A stretch of DNA of 46,360 bases from a virus. Taxonomy: Duplodnaviria; Caudoviricetes. Shown in pieces: positions 27,469 through 35,853 of this stretch. Numbering within the stretch: the stretch's first letter is position 1; the number at the start of each line of letters is the position of its first letter. The position numbers and the translations under genes are program-made. Under the pieces are notes generated by a model. The model worked only from the letters and a program-made list of their open reading frames with translations. It did not search any database and had not been told where the DNA came from. The DNA lies in IMG/VR virus record IMGVR_UViG_3300046779_000201, positions 1 to 46,360 of that record, one strand, 5' to 3'.

Positions 27469-27867
27469 TTACAGTGCATCGTCATCAGCACTAGCGTCTG
27501 CACCAGCATACTCAATCAGCTTGGTGACAGTTAGCTTGTTGATGCCTGCACTAACTCCGCTCTTACCATTCTTGTTGTAAGCATAAGGCTTGATCAATGC
27601 AATGCCTCGTGAACCATTGGCTACCTTGCAAGATACCTTGTTACCTTCTGCGTCAACAGTGGTGATAGGATAGTTCTTAGACTTAGCAGTAATGAAAAAA
27701 CCTTTTTCTTCTTTATTGCGAACTGAGATACCAACTTCTTCCAGCGCCTTGATAGCAGGCTTAGAGAGGTTGCATAGGTCTACCTGATACTTACCCGACA
27801 TCTGGTTTGGGGTATCAAGAAATGCCCACATGATATCAGCTTCAATCTTAAGAGGTTTCAAATCCAT
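27469..27867 (-). CDS. Single-stranded DNA-binding protein (T7 gp2.5-like)
   Basis: WAFL..PN.MSGKYQVDL, VANGS, acidic C-terminal tail, replication cluster. Confidence 0.75.
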   Translation of the reverse strand: MDLKPLKIEADIMWAFLDTPNQMSGKYQVDLCNLSKPAIKALEEVGISVRNKEEKGFFITAKSKNYPITTVDAEGNKVSCKVANGSRGIALIKPYAYNKNGKSGVSAGINKLTVTKLIEYAGADASADDDAL

Positions 27868-27916
27868 AATAATGTTCTCCTGAACAAGTTAAGTTAAAAG
27901 TTACAGCTACCATAAT

Positions 27917-27944
27917 ATTATAGCACATCAGTGTAGTTTGTCAA
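27917..27944 (-). promoter_or_regulatory. sigma70 promoter for ssb
   Basis: TTGACA-16-TATAAT with TG. Confidence 0.8.
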
Positions 27945-28131
27945 TATCCTCCTGTTTCACCTTATGAAATGTTGCCATCATCAGGGCAGTACTAAAGACA
28001 GACTGTAGTTCATCCATGTCCCTTATCGATGTCTTCATATGGACAGTCTTATCCTTGCGTATACAAAGGAGGACAACATCTTCCATCCCTTCCCAGAAAT
28101 CATCTGTCTTATCTAGTGGGTGTTTGCCCAT
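27928..28131 (-). CDS. Hypothetical protein
   Basis: AAGGA SD within the pol 3' end. Confidence 0.65.
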   Translation of the reverse strand: MGKHPLDKTDDFWEGMEDVVLLCIRKDKTVHMKTSIRDMDELQSVFSTALMMATFHKVKQEDIDKLH

Positions 28132-29771
28132 GTTTTTCCTTTCTTATACTCACCGTCCAAAGGGCATCGTAACTTCAGTACTTTACCCGCTTCCCTGATA
28201 CTCTGTACTGCGAGGATGCCTACCATATCTGCCTCATCCTCAAGGCATTCTATCTGCCACTCGTCATGCACGTTGGCTACGAAGTGTGCGTCAAGCTTGG
28301 TCTTCCTAAGCTTCTCATCTAGTAGGACAAGAGCTTGCTTCATTACTATTGCACCAGCACTCTGAAGCAATGTGTTGAGTGCGCTGTGCTGGGAACGGAT
28401 TTGTAACCTGCGTCCATCAAGACCTTCAATCGTCCCTCCCGCTGATAGGTTTTCAACCTTGGTCCTAAGCTTTTGTAGGCTTGGCGTGTTCCGAAGAAAA
28501 GAACTCGTGAGGTCTTTACCTTCTTTAACTCCACCACCAACAATCGCCCCAATTTTGGCAGGCCCTGCACCATAGAGCAAGGCATAGATAAAAGTCTTGG
28601 CCTGCGCCCGTGTAGCAAGACCTGCAGCCCTCTGGTTTTTCGTGTGGACATCAGTTCCCAACTCTTGCGATCCTTCTGTAACTGTCTTAACATACTCCTG
28701 ATCCTTCATGTAATGAGCAAGCATCCTAAGTTCTAAGGCGCTAGCGTCAGCGCCAACCAATAGATAGTTATCTATTACTGTCCAACAGTCTCTGCACTCG
28801 TGTCCCCAAGGACTGCTACTGCTAGGAACCTGAGCCATGTTAGGACTATGATGTGTCATTCGTCCCGTGACTGCTCCATTGGTGATGACCTTACCGTGAA
28901 CCCGTCCGTCTTCAGATACAGCAGTAAGCCATGACTTAACCTGAGCCACCCGTTTCTGAATGAGTAGGTATTCGGCAATGAGTTTCGCTTCTGGTATATC
29001 AACTCCATCCAAGACTGACTCATCTACAATCACCGCTCCTTTATCAGTATGCTTTGTAGGTTTCCACCCCTTGCTCATCAGACGCTTAGCTATCTGCTGA
29101 CGAGAACCCGGATTGAATACCTCAACATCGTCCTTTAACTGCTTGCCTGTTTTCTCACTAACTCTTTGGGTGATAATAGGTGGGAAGATGATTTGGAGTT
29201 CATGCTCTATCTCGCAAAGCCTACGCTCCCAGTCACCTACCAAACCCATAGCCTTAGCTACGTCCAGCCTAAACCCACGCTTCTCCTGACCAGTTACAAT
29301 CCACTGAACCTTGTGCTCAAGTTCGACTGACTGCTCAGAGAAGTCACGTAGTTCCTTCTTCAAATAATTGTACAACTCACCACAGATTATTACATCTTCC
29401 TTACAGTACTCAATCATCTCAGGAGTTAGGCCGCCCTCGAAATCTTCGTACTCCTTCTTGGTTCTGCTTACTAGCCTTGCTAGATTTGCTAGGCTGTGTC
29501 CTCCGTCCCTTGTAGGGTTTGATAGTCTTGACATAACCAGTGTATCCCGAACTTGATTCATCTGAATCGTAGTCTTCCAGACCCTGTTCAATACTGGAAA
29601 GTCGAAGCTGATCCCATTGTGTCCTACTATCAGTGTAGCCTTCTTGATAAACTCTTGAAAGCTTTGCGACTCTGTCCATACCATCACTTCCTTAGTATCC
29701 AGATTGTAAGTGCAACAACACCAAATAGTGTCGTGCCTAAGATTAGTTTCAATATCAAGTGCGATTCTCAT
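28113..29771 (-). CDS. Family A DNA polymerase (T7 gp5-like)
   Basis: Exo I DIET, GHNGISFD, motif A DASALELR, motif B RAQAKTFIYALLYG (Tyr as in T7 Y526), motif C VHDE. Confidence 0.96.
   Translation of the reverse strand: MRIALDIETNLRHDTIWCCCTYNLDTKEVMVWTESQSFQEFIKKATLIVGHNGISFDFPVLNRVWKTTIQMNQVRDTLVMSRLSNPTRDGGHSLANLARLVSRTKKEYEDFEGGLTPEMIEYCKEDVIICGELYNYLKKELRDFSEQSVELEHKVQWIVTGQEKRGFRLDVAKAMGLVGDWERRLCEIEHELQIIFPPIITQRVSEKTGKQLKDDVEVFNPGSRQQIAKRLMSKGWKPTKHTDKGAVIVDESVLDGVDIPEAKLIAEYLLIQKRVAQVKSWLTAVSEDGRVHGKVITNGAVTGRMTHHSPNMAQVPSSSSPWGHECRDCWTVIDNYLLVGADASALELRMLAHYMKDQEYVKTVTEGSQELGTDVHTKNQRAAGLATRAQAKTFIYALLYGAGPAKIGAIVGGGVKEGKDLTSSFLRNTPSLQKLRTKVENLSAGGTIEGLDGRRLQIRSQHSALNTLLQSAGAIVMKQALVLLDEKLRKTKLDAHFVANVHDEWQIECLEDEADMVGILAVQSIREAGKVLKLRCPLDGEYKKGKTWANTH
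28761..28774. promoter_or_regulatory. Palindrome TAGATA-GT-TATCTA (copy 2 of 8, inside pol)
   Basis: Encodes IDNYL just before motif A. Confidence 0.75.
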
Positions 29772-29777
29772 CCTAAT

Positions 29778-29788
29778 ATTATATCACA
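29778..29788 (-). promoter_or_regulatory. Extended -10 promoter, leaderless pol
   Basis: TGTGATATAAT then 6 nt to ATG; no -35 match. Confidence 0.55.
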
Positions 29789-31367
29789 GTTCTTTGTCAT
29801 CGTGTGTCTCAGTCATTCGTCCAGTAATACGGTCATAGTACAAGGCACACGCTGGGCCAGTCAACCCACTGAATCGATTCTTCAGAACCCTGACTCGTGT
29901 GGTGTGTCGCTCCTTCAAATCCTCTGACTGACCATTACGCTCAAGACCTAGCACCATGTCAGACAACTGACCTATCGAGCCAGACCCACGCAAGGCAGAC
30001 AGGGACGTAGCTGCACCTTCCTCGTGACCCTTACCATCAGGACGCTTAAGATGTGACACGCAGAACAGAGCAATGCCTGTACTCTGGACAATCATCCTAA
30101 GCTTGGTCATGATTTCATCTAAGGCTTTTCGTTCATCACCATTGTCTTGTGCAGATACCACGATACTAACGTGATCAAGAAAAATATACTTGCAATCAAG
30201 AGCCTTAGCCATGAAACGAACTCTGTTGATAATGTTGTCGATTGCAGTAGAGCCAAAGTGATCAAAAAGGAAGACACGGCCAGTCCCCAGTGTAGCGTCA
30301 AAAGCACTTCGTAGTTCTTCATTCGTAGCCTCAGTGTCAGGTAGGTGCAATGGTTTGTTAGCCGCCAAGCTCATGATACTCTTGGCAGTACGCTTCACAG
30401 ATTCCTCAAGGAACAGCAGACCAATGTTCTCATCGTTGCTGTTGTTCAGGATATGATACACAATCTCTCGCAGGAACTGTGACTTACCTAGTCCTGAGCC
30501 TGCGGTGATAGTGATTAACTCACCCTCTCGAACCCCGTAGGTTAGGTCATTCAAACCAGAGAACGGATACTGAACCTTAGCTAACTCTACTGGCTGATTG
30601 ACTACGTCCCACAACCCAGCACCATCGATGATACCATCAGGCGTGAACCTCTCAGCCTGCCACCATGCATCTATGAACGCTTTGCCTTCTCCTTGTCCGT
30701 TGTATTCGCAGGCATCCTTAAGGTCTTTGGTTCCTTTAAATATCTTGGCTTTAGTTCCAAGGATTTCAGCAACCTGCTCAGAAGCAGTTCGGCCTGCGTC
30801 ATCACTGTCAAAGCATAGGACAATGTTCTCGAAGGAGTCGAGCCATTCGTAGTTCGCCTTGATATCCTGTACTGCATTACCTGCACCATTCCTAACAGAA
30901 ACCACAGGGTACTTAGAACCCAGCATCTGATACGCCGCCGCAGCGTCAAACTCTCCCTCGCAAATAGTGACATACTTACCCCCTTTGTTAAATAACTGCT
31001 GCCCAAAGAGAGCACCTTGTTGCCACGAACCCTCGATGCTAAAGCGTTTATCATCAGTGTTGCGTTTCTTGTACGCAACTAATGTGTCCCCATTGTAGTA
31101 GGGAAAGTAATAGAAGTTATCCTTCACACCTATGCCGTAGGTCTGACAGGTTTCACGAGTTAGTCCTCGATCAACCACAGAGCCATAGGTCAGGTCATGT
31201 ACGTTAGTCATCTTAGATTGAACCTTGGTTAGGTTTGGTTTCATATCGCTCTTAGTTACTTTCTTCTCACCACACTTGAAGCACACGCTACCCCAGTCAT
31301 AGTATGTAAGTGCATCACTACTACCACAGTCAGGACATGGTTGATGTGCCTTGAGTTGCTCAGCCAT
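29784..31367 (-). CDS. DNA primase-helicase (T7 gp4-like)
   Basis: CPDCGSSDA zinc finger, TOPRIM EGEFDA and FDSDDAG, Walker A AGSGLGKS, LDH, LRGSG, KNRFSG.TG. Confidence 0.96.
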   Translation of the reverse strand: MAEQLKAHQPCPDCGSSDALTYYDWGSVCFKCGEKKVTKSDMKPNLTKVQSKMTNVHDLTYGSVVDRGLTRETCQTYGIGVKDNFYYFPYYNGDTLVAYKKRNTDDKRFSIEGSWQQGALFGQQLFNKGGKYVTICEGEFDAAAAYQMLGSKYPVVSVRNGAGNAVQDIKANYEWLDSFENIVLCFDSDDAGRTASEQVAEILGTKAKIFKGTKDLKDACEYNGQGEGKAFIDAWWQAERFTPDGIIDGAGLWDVVNQPVELAKVQYPFSGLNDLTYGVREGELITITAGSGLGKSQFLREIVYHILNNSNDENIGLLFLEESVKRTAKSIMSLAANKPLHLPDTEATNEELRSAFDATLGTGRVFLFDHFGSTAIDNIINRVRFMAKALDCKYIFLDHVSIVVSAQDNGDERKALDEIMTKLRMIVQSTGIALFCVSHLKRPDGKGHEEGAATSLSALRGSGSIGQLSDMVLGLERNGQSEDLKERHTTRVRVLKNRFSGLTGPACALYYDRITGRMTETHDDKEL

Positions 31368-31596
31368 TGTTCTTCTCCTTTAGTTTGGCTTCAATGGCTT
31401 TACCAAATGACTTGATTCCAAAATTACTGCCATGCTGATAAAGAAACTTGTCTGCATAGTCATAGATTTCATCATCCGTCAGCCCAACCCATTCACGCTT
31501 TTGTAGCCGTTCAACCTCACACAGCAAGCATTTACCAACATAATCTTCGTAGCCTTTGTCGTGGTCTTTGTGGCACACCACAGTAATCTTATCCAC
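31360..31596 (-). CDS. Hypothetical protein with REWVGLT..KLKEKN module
   Basis: Shares its C-terminal module with the upstream ORF. Confidence 0.7.
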   Translation of the reverse strand: MDKITVVCHKDHDKGYEDYVGKCLLCEVERLQKREWVGLTDDEIYDYADKFLYQHGSNFGIKSFGKAIEAKLKEKNNG

Positions 31597-32119
31597 AATT
31601 CCTCTCCTTTAACTTATACTCAATAACCTTTGCAAAGTCGTAGCCGTTAATTTTTGGCCTAGCGCCCATATCCATCCAAAGAATATGAACTTCTTCTTCA
31701 GTGAGGCCAACCCATTCACGCTTTGGTGGTGCGGTGTAGATTGGTGTTACTTCTCCAATTCTTTGTTCTTCTTTTGGTCTGTAATGGGTAAATCGTCTTT
31801 CCATTTGATGAGTAAACCAAAGATAACCGTATGGCTCGTGTTCACGTTTTGCCGTTTCATCGACACGTTCTTGGCTCATGTTTACGGCATCGACAGGTTG
31901 CGCTCTGTTCTTCTTTGCAACCAGTTGCTTGTTGCCTTTCTCGTCAACCACCCATATAGGTTCGTCTGGCCTTGGTAATTCTTTTGGTGCTAGTGCTTGG
32001 CGTAGTGCGATGATGGCTGAGTCTGGGTCACAAGCCCCATCAACAACCCAGTCACCAGCTTTGATTGCTGCTTCAACGCCTTCTAACAAGTCCTCTGCTG
32101 CTTTACGTAGGTCAGTCAT
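31589..32119 (-). CDS. Modular hypothetical protein with REWVGLT..KLKERN module
   Basis: ATG at 32119 after AGGAG; ALRQALA, YTAPPKREWVGLT. Confidence 0.7.
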   Translation of the reverse strand: MTDLRKAAEDLLEGVEAAIKAGDWVVDGACDPDSAIIALRQALAPKELPRPDEPIWVVDEKGNKQLVAKKNRAQPVDAVNMSQERVDETAKREHEPYGYLWFTHQMERRFTHYRPKEEQRIGEVTPIYTAPPKREWVGLTEEEVHILWMDMGARPKINGYDFAKVIEYKLKERNCG

Positions 32120-32357
32120 TAGTCTTCTCCTGATATGGACGAACAAACCACAGAGGACAGGCAGTGACAGTGCAATGCTTCACCTCGTCCGTTGCTCCAT
32201 GACAGCAGTCATAACACTTGGCATTGATGCTTTTGCGTAGGCTCTCAGGATCTTCACGCCAGTGGTCAATGGGTGTCTTGTGTTTGTACCCAGACTTCTT
32301 GGCAGCGTTGGCCTTCGCTAAATTAATCATCAGTTTCTCTTGCAATTTGAACTCCAA
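32112..32357 (-). CDS. Cys-rich hypothetical protein
   Basis: INAKCYDC...C....CPLW.VRP; true start probably TTG at 32345. Confidence 0.7.
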   Translation of the reverse strand: MEFKLQEKLMINLAKANAAKKSGYKHKTPIDHWREDPESLRKSINAKCYDCCHGATDEVKHCTVTACPLWFVRPYQEKTND

Positions 32358-32358
32358 A

Positions 32359-32372
32359 TAGATAGTTATCTA
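32359..32372. promoter_or_regulatory. Palindrome TAGATA-GT-TATCTA (copy 3 of 8)
   Basis: Intergenic, 2-3 nt from a GGAG SD. Confidence 0.85.
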
Positions 32373-32428
32373 TGGTTAGGTATCAGGATAAATAGGGACA
32401 GCCCATGAAATGCAAGCCAAGGTGCAAT

Positions 32429-32620
32429 TCAGAACGCCACATCGCCTAATTGACTGAAGTTATTAACCCTCTTATCCAACTCTTTGCGTTGCTCTAGAAG
32501 GACAGCCACATCCTTGATGACTTGTTGTGTCCCTAATAATTCTACATAGTCTGCCACGTCATTGAGACAGAACCAGTAGTGTGCTTCTTCTTGAATCTGT
32601 TGTTGCTCTTCAGAGTTCAT
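32429..32620 (-). CDS. Hypothetical protein
   Basis: AAGGA SD, downstream of a promoter. Confidence 0.7.
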   Translation of the reverse strand: MNSEEQQQIQEEAHYWFCLNDVADYVELLGTQQVIKDVAVLLEQRKELDKRVNNFSQLGDVAF

Positions 32621-32684
32621 ACTAAGTATCCTTATTAAGATAATAATAATAATATTAAAGAGTTCTTTAAACTACATAGTAGAT

Positions 32685-32713
32685 ATTATAACATACTTAA
32701 ATATCCAAGTCAA
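32685..32713 (-). promoter_or_regulatory. sigma70 promoter for replication genes
   Basis: TTGACT-17-TATAAT with TG. Confidence 0.85.
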
Positions 32714-32918
32714 CGTCCCGATCCACAAAAAAATCATTAGTAATGTCTTCCATATATCCGTCTTCCTCTTCCTCAAGGTCACTCCTGTCTAAAGTTATAA
32801 CATCTTCTCTTATTGTACCATAACAATTGTTACATAGGTCTAAATACTCTTCAGTCTTTAGGGTCTTTCGAGTTGCCTCAAAGTCTGTCAGTGCTACATT
32901 GCAACTAAGGCATCTCAT
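32697..32918 (-). CDS. Zinc-binding hypothetical protein
   Basis: MRCLSC...DLCNNC with acidic tail; ATGA overlap sets the start. Confidence 0.7.
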   Translation of the reverse strand: MRCLSCNVALTDFEATRKTLKTEEYLDLCNNCYGTIREDVITLDRSDLEEEEDGYMEDITNDFFVDRDVDLDI

Positions 32919-33094
32919 ACTGCAACCCACTTTCTATTAGTCCAGTCAAAGGTAAACAATTCTCCAGTAGAAGTTATGCCATATAAGTTATTGTTTCTGT
33001 CAAAAGCAATTGACATAAACTTAGTACAGTCTGCAATTATTAAACCTTCATCTTGTGGTTTTACTTCTTCAACTACCTTCTTAGTCCTCGCCAT
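32915..33094 (-). CDS. Hypothetical protein
   Basis: GGAG SD then MARTKKV. Confidence 0.6.
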   Translation of the reverse strand: MARTKKVVEEVKPQDEGLIIADCTKFMSIAFDRNNNLYGITSTGELFTFDWTNRKWVAV

Positions 33095-33257
33095 ACCAGT
33101 CTCTCCGTTCTTTAAGTACATCAAGCAGCCTTAGTTTATTCTCGTCATCCATGACTGACCAGTTCTCAATCTCCATGCGTGTGCGAAGACAACCTACACA
33201 CAAGCCAATGTCATACTCTATCTGACACACATCGATGCAAGGACTATTTACGGTCAT
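33081..33257 (-). CDS. DUF1289 family (YdhL-like, predicted Fe-S) protein
   Basis: SPCIDVC....GLCVGCLRT..EI..W; GAGGAG SD. Confidence 0.8.
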   Translation of the reverse strand: MTVNSPCIDVCQIEYDIGLCVGCLRTRMEIENWSVMDDENKLRLLDVLKERRDWYGED

Positions 33258-33333
33258 CTTCATTCTCCTCAGCAATTCCATACAATACAGCGAAGATAAT
33301 AACACAAGCCATCACAAGTAGGAAGTTTATCAC
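33244..33333 (-). CDS. 29-aa single-TM peptide (not in ORF track)
   Basis: MINFLLVMACVIIFAVLYGIAEENEDDRK; GTGA overlap, GGAGG SD. Confidence 0.45.
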   Translation of the reverse strand: MINFLLVMACVIIFAVLYGIAEENEDDRK

Positions 33334-33476
33334 TTCATAGCCTCCATTGTCAAGCCGATATTCCCGATAGAATAACCTATAAACGCTATGCCTAAGCCAG
33401 TGTTACCTTTGATAAGCAGGTCAACACTAACTACTGCATAGACCACACCTATGATTGCTATAAGCCATGCTGACAT
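33330..33476 (-). CDS. 48-aa two-TM membrane protein (not in ORF track)
   Basis: MSAWLIAIIGVVYAVVSVDLLIKGNTGLGIAFIGYSIGNIGLTMEAMK; TAATG coupling. Confidence 0.7.
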   Translation of the reverse strand: MSAWLIAIIGVVYAVVSVDLLIKGNTGLGIAFIGYSIGNIGLTMEAMK

Positions 33477-33709
33477 TATTTCTTATCCTTCTCGTGTAAC
33501 TCCTTAGCCTTGACATACACACTTGCCCAGTGTAAGCCAATGACATAGTCGAGTTTACCAACAACACCCCAAGCCTTCTCCTTGATAGCAGTCTCTCGCA
33601 TACCAATCATCTTGGCAAGGATAAATACCTCCGCATGGTCTTGGTTCTCGATAACCTCTTCGAGTTCTGCGATGCGAGTCTTCATCCAATCAATATCATC
33701 ATTAGTCAT
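33476..33709 (-). CDS. Hypothetical early protein
   Basis: ATGA overlap in operon. Confidence 0.65.
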   Translation of the reverse strand: MTNDDIDWMKTRIAELEEVIENQDHAEVFILAKMIGMRETAIKEKAWGVVGKLDYVIGLHWASVYVKAKELHEKDKK

Positions 33710-34047
33710 AGTGTCCCTGCCTGTACAATAAATATCTCAGGTATAAAGTCTATCATACTCTTGAGTTTTGTCAAGGAAGTCTTAGGCGAAACGCTATCAC
33801 CTTCCTCGTCAGTACCCAAGACCAGTGCCTTGCCACACAAAGGTGTAGGGAAACCATCAACCATGAAGAACTGCTTGTCTTCCTTGTACAGTCCTTCGTC
33901 ATCGATATAGATTGTGTCCTTAAAACCTCTGAATCCTACACAGTCAAAGGTACGACAGTCAATAAGTTTATATATATCTTCATAGTTCCCTGAGTATTCT
34001 ACCTCAGTGACTTTAGTTTCATATGGGTCTATCAGGTATGCTTTCAT
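33706..34047 (-). CDS. DUF3846-like protein
   Basis: MKAYLIDP, IYIDDEGL, PLCGKALVLG.DEEG. Confidence 0.7.
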   Translation of the reverse strand: MKAYLIDPYETKVTEVEYSGNYEDIYKLIDCRTFDCVGFRGFKDTIYIDDEGLYKEDKQFFMVDGFPTPLCGKALVLGTDEEGDSVSPKTSLTKLKSMIDFIPEIFIVQAGTL

Positions 34048-34057
34048 GCTATCTCCT

Positions 34058-34071
34058 TAGATAACTATCTA
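34058..34071. promoter_or_regulatory. Palindrome TAGATA-AC-TATCTA (copy 4 of 8)
   Basis: Starts with the upstream TAG stop and abuts AGGAG SD. Confidence 0.85.
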
Positions 34072-34311
34072 AAATCCAATACGCTTGAGTTGGTCTCTGA
34101 GTTTGATCTGTGCAGGCGTGTGTTCGACAGGAAACCATTGGTCAGCAATCTGAACCTGCACAATATCATGAGCATAGACAGAGCCAGTCTCTGTGAACTC
34201 ACCATACACAGTGGCTAGGCGAGTGTTGCCTTTCATATTGTCAGCAATCTCTGCCTCCCACCCATTCAACAACTTGACTCTACTGCCTCGCTTTAGGTCA
34301 TTAGTCTTCAT
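34069..34311 (-). CDS. Hypothetical early protein
   Basis: MKTNDLKRG...DNMKGNTR...ETGSVYAHDI. Confidence 0.7.
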   Translation of the reverse strand: MKTNDLKRGSRVKLLNGWEAEIADNMKGNTRLATVYGEFTETGSVYAHDIVQVQIADQWFPVEHTPAQIKLRDQLKRIGF

Positions 34312-34510
34312 AAAATTTACACACCTCTTGATATCTGTTTACTAATTTACCTTCGCTATCATAGATCTCGTTAAGACGAAGGAGCCAGTCTGTAACAGAA
34401 GTAATATTATGCTTGTCTGGATTGTCAATGAGCCACAATAACTCATGATAGATCAATGTCTCAAGCATTACTTTCCTGTCTGTCACGCAAACGGCTGTAT
34501 CTTTTTGCAT
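34301..34510 (-). CDS. Hypothetical early protein
   Basis: ORF in operon; start possibly GTG at 34486. Confidence 0.55.
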   Translation of the reverse strand: MQKDTAVCVTDRKVMLETLIYHELLWLIDNPDKHNITSVTDWLLRLNEIYDSEGKLVNRYQEVCKFYED

Positions 34511-34686
34511 TGATAAATTACTCCTTCATAGTTAGATGATATCCAATCATCACTTGTTTCGTCAATATAAGCATTAAACTCTGAATCTTTCATGTCAACC
34601 ATCTTATAGTCTCCATAGATTGTAGCGTATGGACTACCCTCATCATCTTCTTCAAAGATAATATGGTCTCCAATAATCACTTTCAT
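34483..34686 (-). CDS. Hypothetical acidic early protein
   Basis: AAGGAG SD, ATGA overlap. Confidence 0.65.
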   Translation of the reverse strand: MKVIIGDHIIFEEDDEGSPYATIYGDYKMVDMKDSEFNAYIDETSDDWISSNYEGVIYQCKKIQPFA

Positions 34687-34853
34687 GCAATCTCCTTGGC
34701 CTGAAACAAGTCATCACACCGAACCTTCATGACAGCATCCCGTAGTGAGCGATAGGCAACACGAATGTCAACCTCAGAATGCTCCGTCCAACCACCTGAC
34801 TCAATCTCTGCGATTAAGTCTTGCATATGATACAACATATCTTTTGTGTCCAT
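34683..34853 (-). CDS. 56-aa hypothetical protein (not in ORF track)
   Basis: MDTKDMLYHMQDLIAEIESGGWTEHSEVDIRVAYRSLRDAVMKVRCDDLFQAKEIA fills the gap exactly. Confidence 0.65.
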   Translation of the reverse strand: MDTKDMLYHMQDLIAEIESGGWTEHSEVDIRVAYRSLRDAVMKVRCDDLFQAKEIA

Positions 34854-34855
34854 GA

Positions 34856-35497
34856 TTAACCTTTCATCTGAATGAGTTTGATAACCTTAGCCTTTGACTT
34901 ACCGTGATAGGGATACGCAATCACAGGAGTCATCTTATCCCAACATTGCCTACAAGTCAAGCACTTTCCATCCTGTTTATATGCAGGACACACATACGCC
35001 TCAGTCTTGAAATCCCTATCGGGTATGATGGTGCTAGAATTTAGATAAGTATCTAAAACAGATCCATCCACCTCGTCACTAGATGCCCTGACTGTAACAT
35101 TAGGCAAATCCTGCATAGACCTAAGTATAGCCTGAAACTTAGGAAACTTATACATCCTAGTAGGCAGCCAGTGCCTACAATTAGGGGTGCGATTCATGAC
35201 AGTGTAAATCTTTTCTGCCAATTGGATATGAAACATATCGCCAGAGTCGAACCATCTAAAGAATTTCTGCCTAGATAGGGACGAAACCATGCGATCTACC
35301 CAGTCTGAATTGCGCCAGTCTTGCAAATTAAACTCTCGCACTGCCTTAACATTGGGCATATGATACATACCCTGCCTAGCATAGCACACTTTGCAAGCAG
35401 GGACTGCTTCACCCGTGGAATCTTTAGACCCCGGACAAGTGTCCCAAGCCTGAAGACTCCACGAATAACACCCTAACTTGGATGTTCTTGATAACAT
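34856..35497 (-). CDS. GP88-family Cys-rich protein
   Basis: TSKL, CPGS, C..CYA..G.Y, FRWFDSGD, HWLPTR, CPA...C..C..CW. Confidence 0.8.
   Translation of the reverse strand: MLSRTSKLGCYSWSLQAWDTCPGSKDSTGEAVPACKVCYARQGMYHMPNVKAVREFNLQDWRNSDWVDRMVSSLSRQKFFRWFDSGDMFHIQLAEKIYTVMNRTPNCRHWLPTRMYKFPKFQAILRSMQDLPNVTVRASSDEVDGSVLDTYLNSSTIIPDRDFKTEAYVCPAYKQDGKCLTCRQCWDKMTPVIAYPYHGKSKAKVIKLIQMKG
35042..35055. promoter_or_regulatory. Palindrome TAGATA-AG-TATCTA (copy 5 of 8, intragenic)
   Basis: Encodes LDTYL; variant spacer. Confidence 0.75.
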
Positions 35498-35734
35498 TTA
35501 GACTGCTCCGTTTTGTGTATGGATTAGGTGGTCAGCACATACGAACCGCACTGACCAATTCTTGACACGAAACACTTGACCATCAGATGCACGCTGAACC
35601 TTAGCATACAATGGGTTAGTGGACAACACCTTACCATTAATTTTCTCGCCCTTACGGTAAACAGTGAGGAACCTACCACCACGATTCTTTAAAACACGAT
35701 TGAATCTGAGGGAAATACGGACTAGGTGTAACAT
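35498..35734 (-). CDS. Basic hypothetical early protein
   Basis: AAGGAG SD then ATG at 35734 (MLHLVRIS). Confidence 0.65.
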   Translation of the reverse strand: MLHLVRISLRFNRVLKNRGGRFLTVYRKGEKINGKVLSTNPLYAKVQRASDGQVFRVKNWSVRFVCADHLIHTQNGAV

Positions 35735-35746
35735 TTGAAATCTCCT

Positions 35747-35760
35747 TAGATAGTTATCTA
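35747..35760. promoter_or_regulatory. Palindrome TAGATA-GT-TATCTA (copy 6 of 8)
   Basis: Between promoter and SD, abutting AGGAG. Confidence 0.85.
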
Positions 35761-35792
35761 AAACATTAAACATAAAAAACAACCACAACACA

Positions 35793-35820
35793 ATACTACC
35801 ACAAAAACCTGATTTGTCAA
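35793..35820 (-). promoter_or_regulatory. Early sigma70 promoter
   Basis: TTGACA-16-TAGTAT with TG. Confidence 0.7.
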
Positions 35821-35828
35821 GTGGAAGA

Positions 35829-35850
35829 ACTAGGGAGTTTCCTCCCCAGT
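35829..35850 (-). terminator. Hairpin / probable terminator after first early gene
   Basis: ACTGGGGAG-GAAA-CTCCCTAGT followed by a weak TCTT tail. Confidence 0.6.
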
Positions 35851-35853
35851 CTC

